Shown one piece after another: positions 13,559-26,746 of a DNA stretch of 64,000 nt. The notes below the pieces were generated by a model that saw only the letters and a list, made by a program, of their open reading frames with translations, was not told where the DNA came from and ran no database searches. Numbering within the stretch: the first letter of the stretch is position 1; each line of letters begins with the position of its first letter. Location of the stretch: assembly GCF_018350175.1 (NCBI RefSeq), contig NC_058368.1, positions 8,742,001-8,806,000 on the forward strand, given 5' to 3'. The stretch comes from Felis catus. Lineage: Eukaryota. Made by a program: the position numbers and the translations under genes.

Positions 13559-13799
13559 AACTGAGGGCTTTTTTAAAGCCTGTGGAATGATCTTTTAGAA
13601 AGGCTCAGATGTTGAACTTTGTTTTTTTTTTAATAGGTTAAAAAGAGGAGAAAGAAAAGATGAGAAAAAATAGAATTACTGGCCTGTGTTGTGGCTGCAG
13701 TTACAGTTGGTGACTATAAATTTGATGGCCCTATCTGTGTCATTTTGTCTTCAGCTGGACTAGTGGAAGGTGAGAGCTCAGTTAAGCTAGGGTTAGATT

Positions 13800-14520
13800 C
13801 TGCATAGAGTTGTGACCATTGGTGGTTTCTGTGCTATTAGAGCAAGAGTGTGAAGGGGAGGATAGTGGAAGTGAAGTACACTGGGATCAACTTTAGATTG
13901 GATAGAAAAGGAGGTTGAAGACAGAAAGAGCCTGCTGGCTGGGGGTAAAGGGATTCACAGTCTAGATTAGAGAAATGAACAGCTTGGAGTGGCAATAGAA
14001 AAGTGAGACGGCTGGGGGGGTAGAAGGTTGTGTCCAAAAGTGGGGTATGTGAATTTGAGAGGTGAAGTTCTGGTTGATGACAGGGTCCAGGGTGATACCC
14101 AGTGTTCCTGATCAAAGGCGCCTGGCAGGAGTATCGGATGTCAAAGGAATGAAATACTGGGATGGCACATGAGTCGTGCGAGAGGTCGTTGACATTTCTA
14201 GGATGATGGCAGGACCTGGGGTAAGGAGGAAGCCCATATGTGGGGATGAGTGAGAGACAGTAACCTTGCTGCAGGTGACAACAGGGAACAGTGTTAGTGT
14301 TGACCAGGCAGAACTGTAGAACCTCAAAGGAAAAGGGCTTTAAAGTGAGTGTGGACGCTTCAAGTTCTGGTGGGATATTCAATAGTTTGAAGGGGACCTC
14401 CAAACTCAAAGATAAATTGGGTGAGGAGGGTAAGGACAAGTGGTGACCATTTGAGAAGTTTGCCCTGGGGAGAGATTGACCATGAAAGTGGAAGAGGGGC
14501 ATTATTTACCAAAGGGTAAG
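13800..14520 (-). mobile_element. L2 remnant (endonuclease-like region)
   Basis: Minus-strand frames give degenerate PAIILE(GD)... and GITLDPVI... resembling L2/CR1 endonuclease motifs (IILGDFN, GHTLDLVI); purine-rich + strand. Confidence 0.6.
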
Positions 14521-15062
14521 GAGTTCCACACAGTGTGGACTGAGGGTCAGAGAAAGGAAGGTTGCGTCACAGATAGAAAGGAGGTAAGGATTCACTGACC
14601 TCCACATTTAGAAAACAAATAGCTTGAGCCGTTCTCTGGTCTCCCAGCCCAAAATAGAAGACCTTCAGCCTCTTCGTCCTCCTGCCCTCTCCCCTGACTC
14701 CACTTTGAGCGTTCTCACCCCGGCCCCATCCTACTTCCTTTTAGACCCTCATAAGGGGTCCGATTCACCTGAATTCATTGTGCTTCTGAGTACAGGTGGG
14801 TAGGCAGGCCTTAGGATTCATTATGTCTCAGGGCTCACTGGGGCCATTGCAGTACAATGAAACATAGGCTAAAATGAGGGCGGGAAATCACAGGTTCAGA
14901 TCTTGGCTCAGCTACATACCTGTAAACGTGGGTATGTTACAACCTCCATACCTTACGTTTCTTCATTTGCACAGTAACGATACCCGTAGCAATAGCAATA
15001 GAGTTTAGGAGTGGGGTAAAGTGAGACAATATACACAGAAGCAGCTGCAAGCTAGTTCCCAG

Positions 15063-15279
15063 TGTTTATTATTTTTTTAATAATCCTTTTAATGTTTACT
15101 TACTTTTCAGAGGTGGGGGGAAGGGGCAGAGAGAGAGCGAGACACAGAATCCCAAGCGGGCTCCAGGCTCTGAGCTGTCAGTGCAGAGCTTGACGCAGGG
15201 CTCGAACCCACAGACCGTGAGATCATGACCTGAGCTGAAGTCAGACGCTTAACCGACTGAGCCATCCAACTAGGTGCCC
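15063..15279 (-). mobile_element. Felid Can-SINE
   Basis: TSD ctagttcccag at 15052 and 15280. Confidence 0.95.
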
Positions 15280-16518
15280 CTAGTTCCCAGCATGTATAAA
15301 TGCTAAAGATGTAGATGTTCAATGAAAGTATAACCTTTGTGACCGCTCACACCGCTCTCTTTCCCTGGATTAGTACCTGCTGCATATTTGGAGCTTTCTA
15401 ATGGATGAGCGAGAGCACGTCACGGGGTGGGGTGGGGGGGATATATTTTTCGACGCGTTCCTATCTAGATAACGTTTCTGTGCTTCCTTCTATTCAAACT
15501 CTATAAATCTTCCCTTGAAATGTCCCCACATTCCATTTGTCTCATAAGTGACATCAGAATCCCCACTTCCTGGTTACATCATTCATTTTTTTCCGGTTTA
15601 CCTCCTTTCAGTTACGTTGGCACAATAATAATTACTTGCACTGTTGCCACATTCGCATTTCATTTTTCTTCTGGCTCCTCTCTGTCTTCCTTCCATGGCT
15701 TTTCATGTTCCTTGTCTGGGAGCGGGTCCACGGGGCCGGGAAAGGATCAGTCCCATCACCTCGGCTTTGACAGGTGCCTGGCGTAAGAATATTGGACGGA
15801 TGGGGGATAAAGTCTATTGCTGTGTATATTTCTTTATCCTTTTTGTTTCTTTTCTGACTTATACTGAGAACTACTTGCATGCATGTTAAGAGCCTATAAA
15901 AAAAGTTCCCATTGTTTCTTTTGACATTTTTTGACATTTTTTAAATTTATTTTATGAAACAAGTATATAGCATCCCGGTGACCATTATCTTAAATCTGAT
16001 TTTTTTCCCCCATTCTGAAGTGCTCAGTCAGGACCCCGAATGACCCGCTGTCACTTGTCATTTCGTTCTGTTTTTAGGATGACAGCCTCACCCTCAGAGC
16101 GATCCCATCATTCTCGATTGGGCAGCTTTCCTCATATTCTCATAGCTCCCAGGCACATGACTTCCGCCTCAAGTACCTGTGATGAACGGGGTGTTAGTCA
16201 CTTTACCATGTCCCGTTCAGGGGTAAAACACGAAGTGGGTCTTCTCCTGGCAGTTGCCACACTCACTCGTGTCACTGGGGAAGGCCCTGTCCACATGAGA
16301 AACTGACCTTTTACACTATTCTTGTTTTTTTTTTTTCTTTTGCTGAGCAACTGTGTATGGATTTCTAGGCAGAACCTTTCAACTTAAGACCTTTGTGATG
16401 CTTTTTTGCTGCTTTGTACATAGTGAAACACTTTAGGACTCTTTGAACTTCCAATAATTGCCTGCACTGGGGTGGATATTATCAGTGACAGAGTTTCGAA
16501 TTAAAACTATGTACCTTT

Positions 16519-16637
16519 GGGGTGCCTCGATGGCTCAGTTGATTAAGTGTCTGACTTCGGCTGAGGTCATGATCTCACGATTCATGGGTTCAAGCCCTGC
16601 ATCAGGCTCCACGCTTACGGTGTGGAGCCTGCTTGGG

Positions 16638-16690
<53 letters not shown>

Positions 16691-16742
16691 GTTCTTCCCC
16701 AACTCACACTTTCTCTTTCAAAATAAATAACTAAATTTTTTT
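16519..16742 (+). mobile_element. Can-SINE
   Basis: Typical head, (CT)n, tail. Confidence 0.94.
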
Positions 16743-16760
16743 AAAAACCTATGAACTTAT

Positions 16761-16860
16761 GGGGCACCACCGTGGCTCAGTTGGTACAATATCTGACTCT
16801 TGATCTTCGGGTCATAAGTTCAAGCCCCACGTTGGGTGTGGATTCCACTTAAAAAAAAAA
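16761..16860 (+). mobile_element. Short tRNA-like old carnivore SINE
   Basis: ggggcacc..gtggctcagttgg...gactcttgatcttcgggtcataagttcaagccccacgttgggtg plus poly(A). Confidence 0.88.
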
Positions 16861-17127
16861 AAAGACTTTGAACTTATCCTCTGATACCAGTGAGGCTGGT
16901 ATTTCTTCCCCCTCCCAGCCCCTTCTCCCTCCCACCCTAAAAGCTCCCCCAGTAGGGCTCTGAATTTTATACACATGCCTTCTTTTGTAGAGCTCTGAAT
17001 CTCCAGGTACAGAAGGTCCACACGGAGGTACATGAGTAGTTTTGACTAATTAAGAACCCATAAGGCATGAGCACGTGTATATATTTATGAAGGAGCTACT
17101 TTCTCTGACTGGCATTTTCAGGCCTTG

Positions 17128-17920
17128 TCCGGTTGCAACTCACAGAAACCTAATCAAACCGCCTTAGGTACAAAAGAATGCAAAAGGTCAGAAGGATTTT
17201 TGGATCATGTAACTGAAAAGCCCAGGTGATATTGCTACCGTGAAGTAGGGCTGTACCCAGGTCCTTAAACAGTGACATCGGGAATGTTCTTCGTCTCCAG
17301 TCCCTACTTTCCACTGGCTTGGCTGCTTTACAGAGGCCCTTCCCACGCAGAGACAGGGACAGTCAATGGCAGTTCAGGCTTACATCCCACCAGATTACAC
17401 ATCCGTCAGAAAAGGAATTCTTGGGGCGCCTGGGTGGCTCAGTCGGTTGAGCGTCCGACTTCGGCTCAGGTCATGATCTCACAGTCTGTGGGTTCGAGCC
17501 CCGCATCGGGCTCTGTGCTGACAGCTCAGAGCCTGGAGCCTGTTTCAGATTCTGTGTCTCCCTCTTTCTCTGACCCTCCCCTGTTCATGCTCTCTCTCTG
17601 TCTCAAAAATAAATAAATGTTAAAAAAAAAATTTAAAAAAAAAGAAAAGGAATTCTTTTCTAGTAATTCCAGCAAAATTTGTGAGAGAAGGCTCTCATTA
17701 TCCCCATCTGGATTTTGTTTTTACTCTCAAGCTAGGATACTCTGACCCACCGGCATGATGCAGAGCTCTGATTGGGCAGGGCTGGTCACATGCCCACCTC
17801 CAGATCCAGGTGGGGTCAGCCCTGCCCCAAGACACATGAACCATGGGGAAGGAAAGGTTAGTTCGCCCAAGTGAGCACGGCTGCTGTTAAAAGAAGGTGA
17901 ACAGGCCAAAGAGACGTCCA
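17128..17920 (-). mobile_element. MaLR LTR (old MLT1-type), interrupted by a SINE
   Basis: ggttgcaactcacagaaacctaatcaaac...catgtaactgaaaagcccagg and gattgggcagggctggtcacatgccc motifs. Confidence 0.65.
17423..17642 (+). mobile_element. Felid Can-SINE
   Basis: 15-bp TSD agaaaaggaattctt at 17408-17422 and 17643-17657. Confidence 0.97.
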
Positions 17921-18127
17921 TAGAGGTGTGCCGTCTGCACTGGGGGGAAAGAAATAGGGGAAGCTGAGTGGGGTTTAAGGAAAGACAGCTATTCAAGGAG
18001 ACTTGGGGAGATTAGTAAAATCTTCATAAATAAGTGATAGGGATTCAGGGGACTAATATAGACCAAGAAAGTAGTGCCTTTTTGGTGAGTGAAAAGAGTT
18101 TCCTCACTTGCTCATTTGGTTAGAGAA

Positions 18128-18580
18128 AGAGGCTGAATAACGGCCCCCAAGTCATTGGAACTGCTGTGTGTTAACCCTCCATGACCACAGGGACTTTGCA
18201 GCTGTGTGCTTAAGTGAAGGGTCTTGAGATGGGGAGATCATCGTGAATTAGCTGGATGGACCCAATGTAATCACAAGGGTCCCTGTACGAGAAAGGCAGG
18301 AGCAGTTAGAGGAGATGTGAGGACAAAAGCAGAGATCGGAGGGATGAGTCTTGAAGGTGAATGAGGGAGCCACACGCCAAGGAACGCCAGAAGCTGAAAA
18401 AGGCAAGGAAACAGATTCTCCCCTGTAACTTCCAGAAGAAATCAGCCCAGCTGACACATTGATTTTAGCCCAGTGAGACCGACTTCATGCTTCTGGCCTC
18501 CCAGAATTGGAACGCATTTGTGTTGTTTTTAAACCACTCGTTTGTGGTCACTTGTCCCAGCAGCCACAGGGAATGATACA
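18128..18580 (+). mobile_element. MaLR LTR (MLT1D-like)
   Basis: aggctgaataacggccccc...aatgtaatcacaagggtcc...aaaaggcaaggaaacagattctcccc...tttgtggtcacttgt..cagcagcc...taca. Confidence 0.85.
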
Positions 18581-20015
18581 GAAGCCTTCAGCGAAGAGCG
18601 GTGAGCTGAATTTGAGGGCGATCAGAAGCGGACCGGCCAGACCAAGGAGAAATGGAGCACGCCAGCCTAGGACAACAGCCTAGGTGAAGACACAGAATGT
18701 CACACGGATGCTGCACTGTCACCGCAGGGGCAGGTGGCTGAGGAAGCGGGACCCCGGAGGTTACACATCCCATGCCACAGAGTTGGGGCTTGCTACTGAA
18801 GTCCTCGGAAAGCTTTGGAAAGGCTTCGGAAGTAAAATCACGTGATCCGTTAATGATTAAGAAAGGTCAGTCATCCTAGCACCCGTCAAGAAGGATGAGT
18901 TAGGTAAACATGAAGAAGGTGAGACAGGACAGAGAAAGCACCTAGGAGCGTTTTCTAACTGGCCTAGTGAGAACTGAGCTGAGGCTAAAAGTGAGAATGG
19001 GTACACGGCCAGATCGAGGAGCTGCTTTACAAGGCAGCAGGTAGTGGCTGATCAGATATGGAGGCAGAAAGAAGTCTCGCTGGCTTCTGGTTTCAGTGAC
19101 CAGGGGAACAACCGGCCAGGAAAGAAAATACAGGAAGAGGGGTCATTTGAGAGGAAGAGGATCCGTTCCATTTGGGGCGTGGCGATCTGGTTGTCTCGTA
19201 GGCTGTGCTCATGTCTCATTGGCAGTGAAAACCAGGTCTGGATCTCAGGAAGGATGTCTGGGCCCATCTGGTTTGGAAATGACAGAGTTGGTAGTCATCA
19301 GTGTGTGCCGCTTGGTGCGAGCATAGTGAGGGGCGGAAACAGCCAGAAGAGTGGACGGGAGGAAGCCGAAGCAGAAGCCTGGGACAGCTTTACTCGGGTG
19401 CAGGCAATGGGGGAAGGCACACAGTGAAGGAGGGAGAGAGCAGCCAGAGGGACAGGAGGAAAACCATGAGACCACAACCCCCTCTGCCATCTCTCCGTGT
19501 TCTCACAGAGTTATATGGAAGCATATGGTATACTTAGAAAACATTTAGGCTGAGGCTGGACTATAACAAAACTGCAAAAAGTCCTGAAAGTCTTGACTGA
19601 TTGCTGTAATTTTCCATGCCATCAAGAATTCCCAGAACCACCCAAGCATTTTCTAGGCAGCGTTGCATTCCTGGGGGAGGGACCGTGAAACCTTCCCTCA
19701 AAGTTGTTCTTGTAGAATTGGTTGCACTGGGCTGGTTTCTCTCCTTAATCCTTTCATGGATCAGACAAATTATTTTCATTTGGTTTTGGTTTCACTCCTC
19801 TTATTGTTTATTTCTTATTATAGAAGTAATAAGTGATCATCATGGAAAAAATGAAAATAATGCAGAAGCATAGTAAAATAAGAAGTAAAATCCCTTCCAA
19901 TCCTACTGCTCGGAAGTAACCGTTATGAACAACTTGGTGTCTTTCAAATCTGCTTACATAGTTAAAAACTATAGTACAGATAGCATTTTGTGTTATAAAA
20001 AATGGGATAATATTT

Positions 20016-20232
20016 GGGGCGCCCGGGTGGCTCATGGGTTAAGCGTCTGACTTCGGCTCAGATCATGATCTCACAGTTCATGAGTTCGAGCCCTGCATCG
20101 GGCTCTGTGCTGACAGCTCAGAGCCTGGAGCCTGCTTTGGATTCTGTGTCTACCTCTCTCTCTGCCCCTCCCCCATTCACGCTCTGTCTCTGTCTCTCAA
20201 AACTGAGTAAAAGTTAAAAAAAGAATTTTTTT
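20016..20232 (+). mobile_element. Felid Can-SINE
   Basis: TSD aatgggataata at 20001 and 20233. Confidence 0.96.
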
Positions 20233-21253
20233 AATGGGATAATACAATGCACAGTGTTCAACAACTAGCTTTTTTATTTATCATGGACATCTTCTGTGCC
20301 AGTACAATAGAGAGCTACTTCAGTCTTTTTAATGGCTACAGAAAACTACATAGAATAGATATAACATAATTTATTTAACCACTCCACAGGGTGCATTTTG
20401 ATTATTTACTCTCATTTATTATTGTGAATAATGTACAAAGTCTCTTTGTACCTAAGCCTTTCATACTTGTGGTGGCCTTCCAAAGAGAGATCTGTAGAGA
20501 CAGCATTGCTAGGTCAAGTACATCAATATTTAAGTTTTTGATAGAAGCTGCCGAATTGCACTCCATGAAGGCTGAAGGGAAAATGTGGACACGCGGAATA
20601 AATATTCATGTTTCGTTTTTTTTTTAAAGCATCGTGTTTAATGCAGGCTTTGGGCCTCTAACATGTCTCAGCTCCCATGAGTCTCAGTACCTTCCATATT
20701 TGTTGATGCCTAAAATCAGAACGGGAGGAGGGATGAGAAGAATGGATGAGCCACACGTTGGATACTCTGAAGGGTGGGCCTGGCTTCCATGGAGTAAAGG
20801 GGTGGGTGCACTTTCGGGACCCCAGGCGGGAGGAGGCGGCATTGACTGAATGGCCATGCTTTCCAGGGATGAGTGTGGCCCTGTGGTTGAAGCTGATGAC
20901 CTAGTAGGGAAGGTGGCCCATATATATATTTCTGAGAAGGACATCATACATGTCTGAGTATGATAAATGCTATGAAGAAGAATGAAGCCAGGGAAGGGGA
21001 GAGTGGCAGGTGGCAGGAAGGCCATTTCACCTGTCGTGTCAGGCACGGCCTCTCTGAAGATTATCGGTTGTGCGGACTTGAATGAACGCATGAGTGAACC
21101 GTGCTCAAGGTCTTGGGGAAGCATGTTCTGGGCAGGAGGAACTCAAGCTAAAGAGCCCAGAAAGGGAGGAGGTGTGGCTTACTTGAGCATCTGCACAGCT
21201 GGCGGCCTAGTGTGGCTGGAGTGTGTGGATGGAGGGCACAATGGTGCCACGTG

Positions 21254-21634
21254 TGTATTAGGGTTCTCCAGAGAAACAGAACCGATAGGATATACATACC
21301 TGGATATGTAATACCTTTTATAGAGACAGAGAGACCAAATATATAGAAAATATGTATATGTTGTATATAATATAACTTCTATGTTATATAATATATAACA
21401 ATATAAATTATATAACGTGAAGTTCCGTCTTAGTTCCTTTGTAGTCAGCCTTTTGTTCTGCTCAGGCCTTTGGCAGCTTCTGTGAGACCTACTCACATTG
21501 GGGAGGGCAGTCTGCTTTACTCAAGTCTACCAGTTTAAATTTCATTTCATCTAGAAACACCCAGAATAATGTTTGACCAAATGTTTGGGCACCCCGTGGC
21601 CCAGTCAAGCTGACACATAAAGTTAGCTATCATA
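21254..21634 (-). mobile_element. ERVL LTR (MLT2A/B-like)
   Basis: tgtattagggttctccagagaaacagaacc ... ggcccagtcaagctgacacataaagttagctatca termini. Confidence 0.85.
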
Positions 21635-21669
21635 GTGTGCCTGTGAAGTAGCCAGGGGACAGATCATCT

Positions 21670-21890
21670 GGGGCTGTGCTGCTCAGTATGGTGGCCAGTG
21701 GCCCATGAGCCATTGTTGAGAACTCAAATATGGCGGCCAGCTGTTGAAGTGATAACTGAATATGTTGGATTAAATCAAAGATGTTGTTACAATTAATTGC
21801 ATTATACCTTTGACTTGTTAAATGTGGCCGCTAGGCAATTTTGAATGATACAAGTAGCTCATATTATATTTCTCTGGGCTTGTGCTGGTC
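21670..21890. mobile_element. hAT-Charlie MITE (MER3-like)
   Basis: ctgtgctgctcagtatggtggccagtggcccatg...aatgtggccgctagg...gctcatattatatttct pattern. Confidence 0.65.
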
Positions 21891-22699
21891 TGTAGGGCCC
21901 CAGGGATGTGACAAGGGGTCTATAGTTCCCTGTGAGTATCTTGGGCAGTGACTGGAGGGTTTCAAGAGTGAGAATAACTTGTTCTGATTTAGATTTGAAG
22001 GAATTCATCTGCTCCTGTGGAAGAATAAGGTGTAGAGGAGCAGGAGTGGGAGCCACAGATCGGGTCGGAAGCTGTAGAAGGGGAAGAAGAATTGGTGGCT
22101 TTGGGCTCTGCAGAGGCAGCAGAAGGGAGGAAAGTGGGTGCTCCTGGGATGGAATCAGAGGAGAGCCCACAAGCTTTGCTGATGGGCCAAATGGACGCAG
22201 GGGGCAGACACAAATCAAGAGGACGCCTACTATTGGGGCCTGAGCCCAGTGAGTGAATGATGGTGCCACCTACTGAGATGTGAAAGATGGGGCGGGGTAT
22301 GTTAACTAAATGCCATGAAGCGTATTGACAGTGAGAAGAAAAAAAAAAGCAGGGGAGAAATACAAGAGAGAATTCAGCTTTTAGAAGGGTTCCATCAAGG
22401 AGACTAAAGGAGTCTTTCCAAAAGCAGTAAAGCAGAGGAGATGATGATAAGTCTGTGGGTGGAAGAACAGAAGGCTGAAGAGTAAGGACAGAGAGGCGGT
22501 GAGGCAGGTCCACTCGTGCAGGGAAAGTGAGAGCCCAGTCAGACCAGGAGAAAACGAAAGATGGGGAGGGTGGATCCAAATACCTGCCTCTCCCTCCAGA
22601 CTCCTGGAATGATCTCTCCCCACCATCATATATATATACACACACACGTACCCATGCATGCTCACATACATATGAATAATCTGTCATAGTGCTTTTAAA

Positions 22700-23540
22700 A
22701 CTGTAAAGGGGAAAATTGGCATATTTGAACACGCTAAAGGAAAATCATAGTACAATGAAATATACTATAAATAAATTTTAAAAAGCGGAAGGCTGGGAAA
22801 ATATAATTTATATGGCAGGCCAAGGAAGGATTAATATCCAGAATAAATGAAGAGTTCTCAATACATCAGTAAGAAAAATAGGCAAAGGATTTAATTAGGT
22901 CATTTTCAAGCAAAGAAATGCACGTGACCAATCGGAAAAGACGCTACGTGTCTGGCAAACATTAAGATGACTGAGACCCCGATATCAGTAGGGTGTGGGG
23001 CACGTAGAGAGAGTTGCCCTCATGCACTGTTGGTTGGGAGTGTAAATAGTGACTCTTCGTGGAAGACGGTTGGACTGTGTTTAGCAATACAACAAACGAG
23101 CAGTCTCTTAATCCAGCAAAAGCTCTTCCTATGCCTTTTTCCTATAAAGACACTGGTACCTGTGTGCAAAGAAACAAGTAGAAGAATGCGTATTGTAGCA
23201 CATTAGCTATTTTAATGGCTAAAACTTGCAAACTGTCTACATGTTCATCAACAGGAGGATGGGTAAATGAATTATGGTACATTTTTGCCTATTAATATGT
23301 GGCATTTTAAAAAGATCTATAAATACACTGATATGAGAAAGATATTTAAAAATGTGGGTAGGTAAAACGAAATTGCAATATAGGATTCATTTAGCTAACC
23401 AACATCTGTATTTGTATTTGGGTAGACAGTATTTATAAATACCTAGAAAGAGGTCTGGAAGAAGAACCATCAAATGGCCATCAGCAGTTTACCTGCCAGA
23501 GAGGAGTGGCCTATAGGCTTTGGGGAGTGGAAACTGGACG
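22700..23540 (+). mobile_element. Old L1 (L1ME-type) 3' fragment
   Basis: ttaatatccagaata...aaataggcaaaggat...atgttcatcaacaggaggatgggtaaatgaattatggtacat motifs. Confidence 0.65.
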
Positions 23541-23578
23541 TATGCTCTGTATCTAAGGAGCCATCCCCAAGATTTACT

Positions 23579-26500
23579 TTTTTTTCCCCCCCTTCAATAG
23601 GAAAACTCGCTTTTATTCTTTTTTTTTAAGAGTAAATAATTTATTTGTTTAAATTCAAGTTGGTTCACATACAATGTAGTAATGGTTTCAGGAGTAGAAC
23701 CCAGTGATTCATCACTTACAACACCCAGTGCTCATCCCAACAAGTGTCCTCCTTAATGCCCATCATCCATTTGTCCAACCCTACACACCTCCCCTCCAGC
23801 AACCTTGTTTGTTCTCTGTCTTTAAGAGTCTCTTACGGTTTGCCTCCCTCTCCATTTTATCTTGTTTTTCCTTCCCTTCCTCTATGTTCATCTGTTTTGT
23901 TTCTTAAATTCCACATGAGTGAAGTCATATGATATTTGTCTTTCTCTGACTGACTTATTTTGCTTAGCACAATACACTCTAGTTCCATCCACATTGTTGC
24001 AAATGGCAAGATTTCAGTCTTTTTGATCACCGAGTAATAGTCCATTGTGTGTGTGTGTGTATATGCCCATATGTGTATATGTGTGTGTGTATATGCGTAT
24101 ATATATATACACATATACACACACACATATACGCATATACACATACACACACACACATACACACACACACCATATCACATCTTTATCCATTCATCAGTCA
24201 ATGGACATTTGGGCTCTTTCCACAATCTGGCTACTGTTGATAGCACTGCTAAGAAGATTGGGGTGCTTGTGCCCCTTTGAATTAGCATTTTTGTATCCTT
24301 TGGATAAATACCTAGTAGTGCAATTGCTGAGTTGTAGGGTAGTTCTATTTTTAATATTTTGAGGACCCTCCATACTGTTTTCCAGAGTGGCTGCACCAGT
24401 TTGCATTCCCACCAACGGTGCAAAAGGGTTCCTCTTTCTCCACTTCCTCGCCAACATCTGTTGTTTCCTGAGTTGTTAATTTTAGCCGTTCTGACAGGTG
24501 AGAGGTAGTATCTAATTGTGGTTTTGATTTGTATTTCCCTGATGATGAATGACGTTGAGTCTCTTTTCATGTGTCAGTTGGCCATCTGGATGTCTTCTTT
24601 GGAAAAGTGCCTATTCATGTCTTCTACCCATTTCTTCACTGGATTATTTGTTTTGGGGTAGTGAGTTTGATAAGTTCTTTACAGATTTTGGATACTAACC
24701 CTTTAACTGACTTGTCATTTGCAAATATCTTCTCCTATTCCATTGGTTGTCGTTTAGTTTTACTGATTGTTTCCTTCACTGTGTAGAAGCTTTTTGTCTT
24801 GATGAGGTCCCAGGACTTCATTTTGCTTTCATTTCCCTTGCCTCGGAGACATGTCTAGTAAGAAGTTGCTATGGCCGAGGTTAAAGAGGTTGCTGCCTGT
24901 GTTCTCCTCTAGAATTTTGATGGTTTCCTGTCTCACATTTAGGTCTTTCATCCATTCTGAATTTATTTTTGTGTATGATGTAAGAAAGAAAGTGGTCTAG
25001 TTTCATTCATCTGCATGTTGCTGTCCAGTCCTCCCAGCACCATTTGCTAAAGAGACTGTCTTTTTTCCATGGGATACTCTTTCTTGCTTTGTCAAAGATT
25101 AGTTGACCATACACTTGTGGGTCCATTTCTGGGTTCTCTATCCTGTTCCATTGATCTGTGTGTCTGTTGTTGTGCCAGTACCATACTATCTTGATGATTA
25201 CAGCTTTGTAATACAGCTTGAAGTCCAGAATTGCGATGCCTCCAACTTTGATTTTCTTTTTCAGGATTGCTTTGGCAATTCGGGGCCTTTTATGTTCCAT
25301 ACAAATTTTAGAATTGTTTGGAGAGTGGAGAATGCTAGCTACCTAGCTAGCTAGCTAGCTAGCTCTGTGGAGAATGCTGGTGTTATTTTGATAGAGACTG
25401 CATTGAATGTGTAGATTGCTTTGGATAGTATTGACATTTTAACAATATTTGTTCTATGAGCATGGAATGTTTTTCCACTTCTTTGTGTCTTCTTCAATTT
25501 CCTTCATAAGCTTTCTATAGTTTTCAGCATACGGATCTTTTACCTCTTTGTTTAGGTTTATTCCTAGGTATCTTATGGTTTGGGCGCACTTATAAATGGG
25601 ATCAATTCCTTAATTTCTCTTTCTGCTGCTTCATTATTGGTATATAGAAATGCAACCTATTTCTGTACATTGATTTTATATCTTGTGACTTTGCTGAATT
25701 CATCCAGCAGTATTCTGGTGGAACCTTTTGGGTTTTTCCACGTAGAGTATCATGTCATCTGTGAAGAGTGAAAGTTTGCCTTCTTTGCCAATTTGTATGC
25801 CTTTTATTTCTTCTTCTTGTCTGATTGCTGAGGCTAGGACTTCTAATACCATGTTGCAAAACTGGTGAGAGTGGATCCCTGTCATGTTCCTGATCTCAGG
25901 GGGAAAGCTCTCAGTTTTTCCTCGTTGAGAATGATATTAGCTGTGGGTCTTTCTTATATGGTCTTTATAACGTTGAGGGATGTTCCTCCTATCCCTACTT
26001 TTTGAGGGTTTTTATTTAAAAAGGATGCTATGTTTTGTCAAATGCTTTTTCTGCATCTATTGAGAGGATCATGGTTCTTATCCTTTCTTGTATTAATGTG
26101 TATCATGTTGATTGATTTGTGAATATTGAATGAGCCCTGCAGCCCCGGAATGAATCCCACTTGATCATGGTGAATAATTCTTTTAATGTACTGTTGAATT
26201 CGATTTGCTAATGTGTTATTGAGAGTTTTTGCATCCAGGTACATCAGAGATAATGGCCTGTAATTCTCCTTGATAGGTGGGGTCTTTGGCTTTGGAATCA
26301 AGGTAATGCTGGCTTCATAGATGAGTTTGGAAGCTTTCCTTCCATTCGTATTTTTTGGAACAATTTGAAAAGAATAAGTGTTAACTCTTCCTTAAATGTC
26401 TGGGAAAATTCCCTCAGGAAGCTATCTGGCCCAAGACTCTTTGTTGGGAGGTTTTTGATAACTGATTCAATTTCTTTGCTGGTTATGGGCCTGTTCAAAT

Positions 26501-26704
26501 GTTCTATTTCTTCCCGTTTCTGTTATGGTAGTTTCTGAGTTTCTAGGTATTTGTCTATTTCTTCCAGATTGCCCAGTTTGTTGGCATATAATTTTTCATA
26601 GTATTCTCTTATATCTGTTTGCATTTCTGTGGTGTTGGTTGTGACCTCTGCTTCTGTCATTTGTAATTTTATCTATTTGGGTCCTCTCTCTCTCTGTGTC
26701 TCTC

Positions 26705-26746
<42 letters not shown>

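Noticed and set aside
13837..14502. 221-aa minus-strand ORF
   Set aside because: Lies in a degenerate L2 remnant; endonuclease-like motifs are scattered over different frames, so it is not a gene.
21989..22732. 247-aa minus-strand ORF (longest in the window)
   Set aside because: Spans L2 debris and low-complexity purine/pyrimidine-skewed sequence; no recognisable domain or splice context.
24175..26498. ORFs with reverse-transcriptase motifs
   Set aside because: Frameshifted ORF2 pieces of a 5'-truncated L1; not a functional RT or a novel retroelement system.
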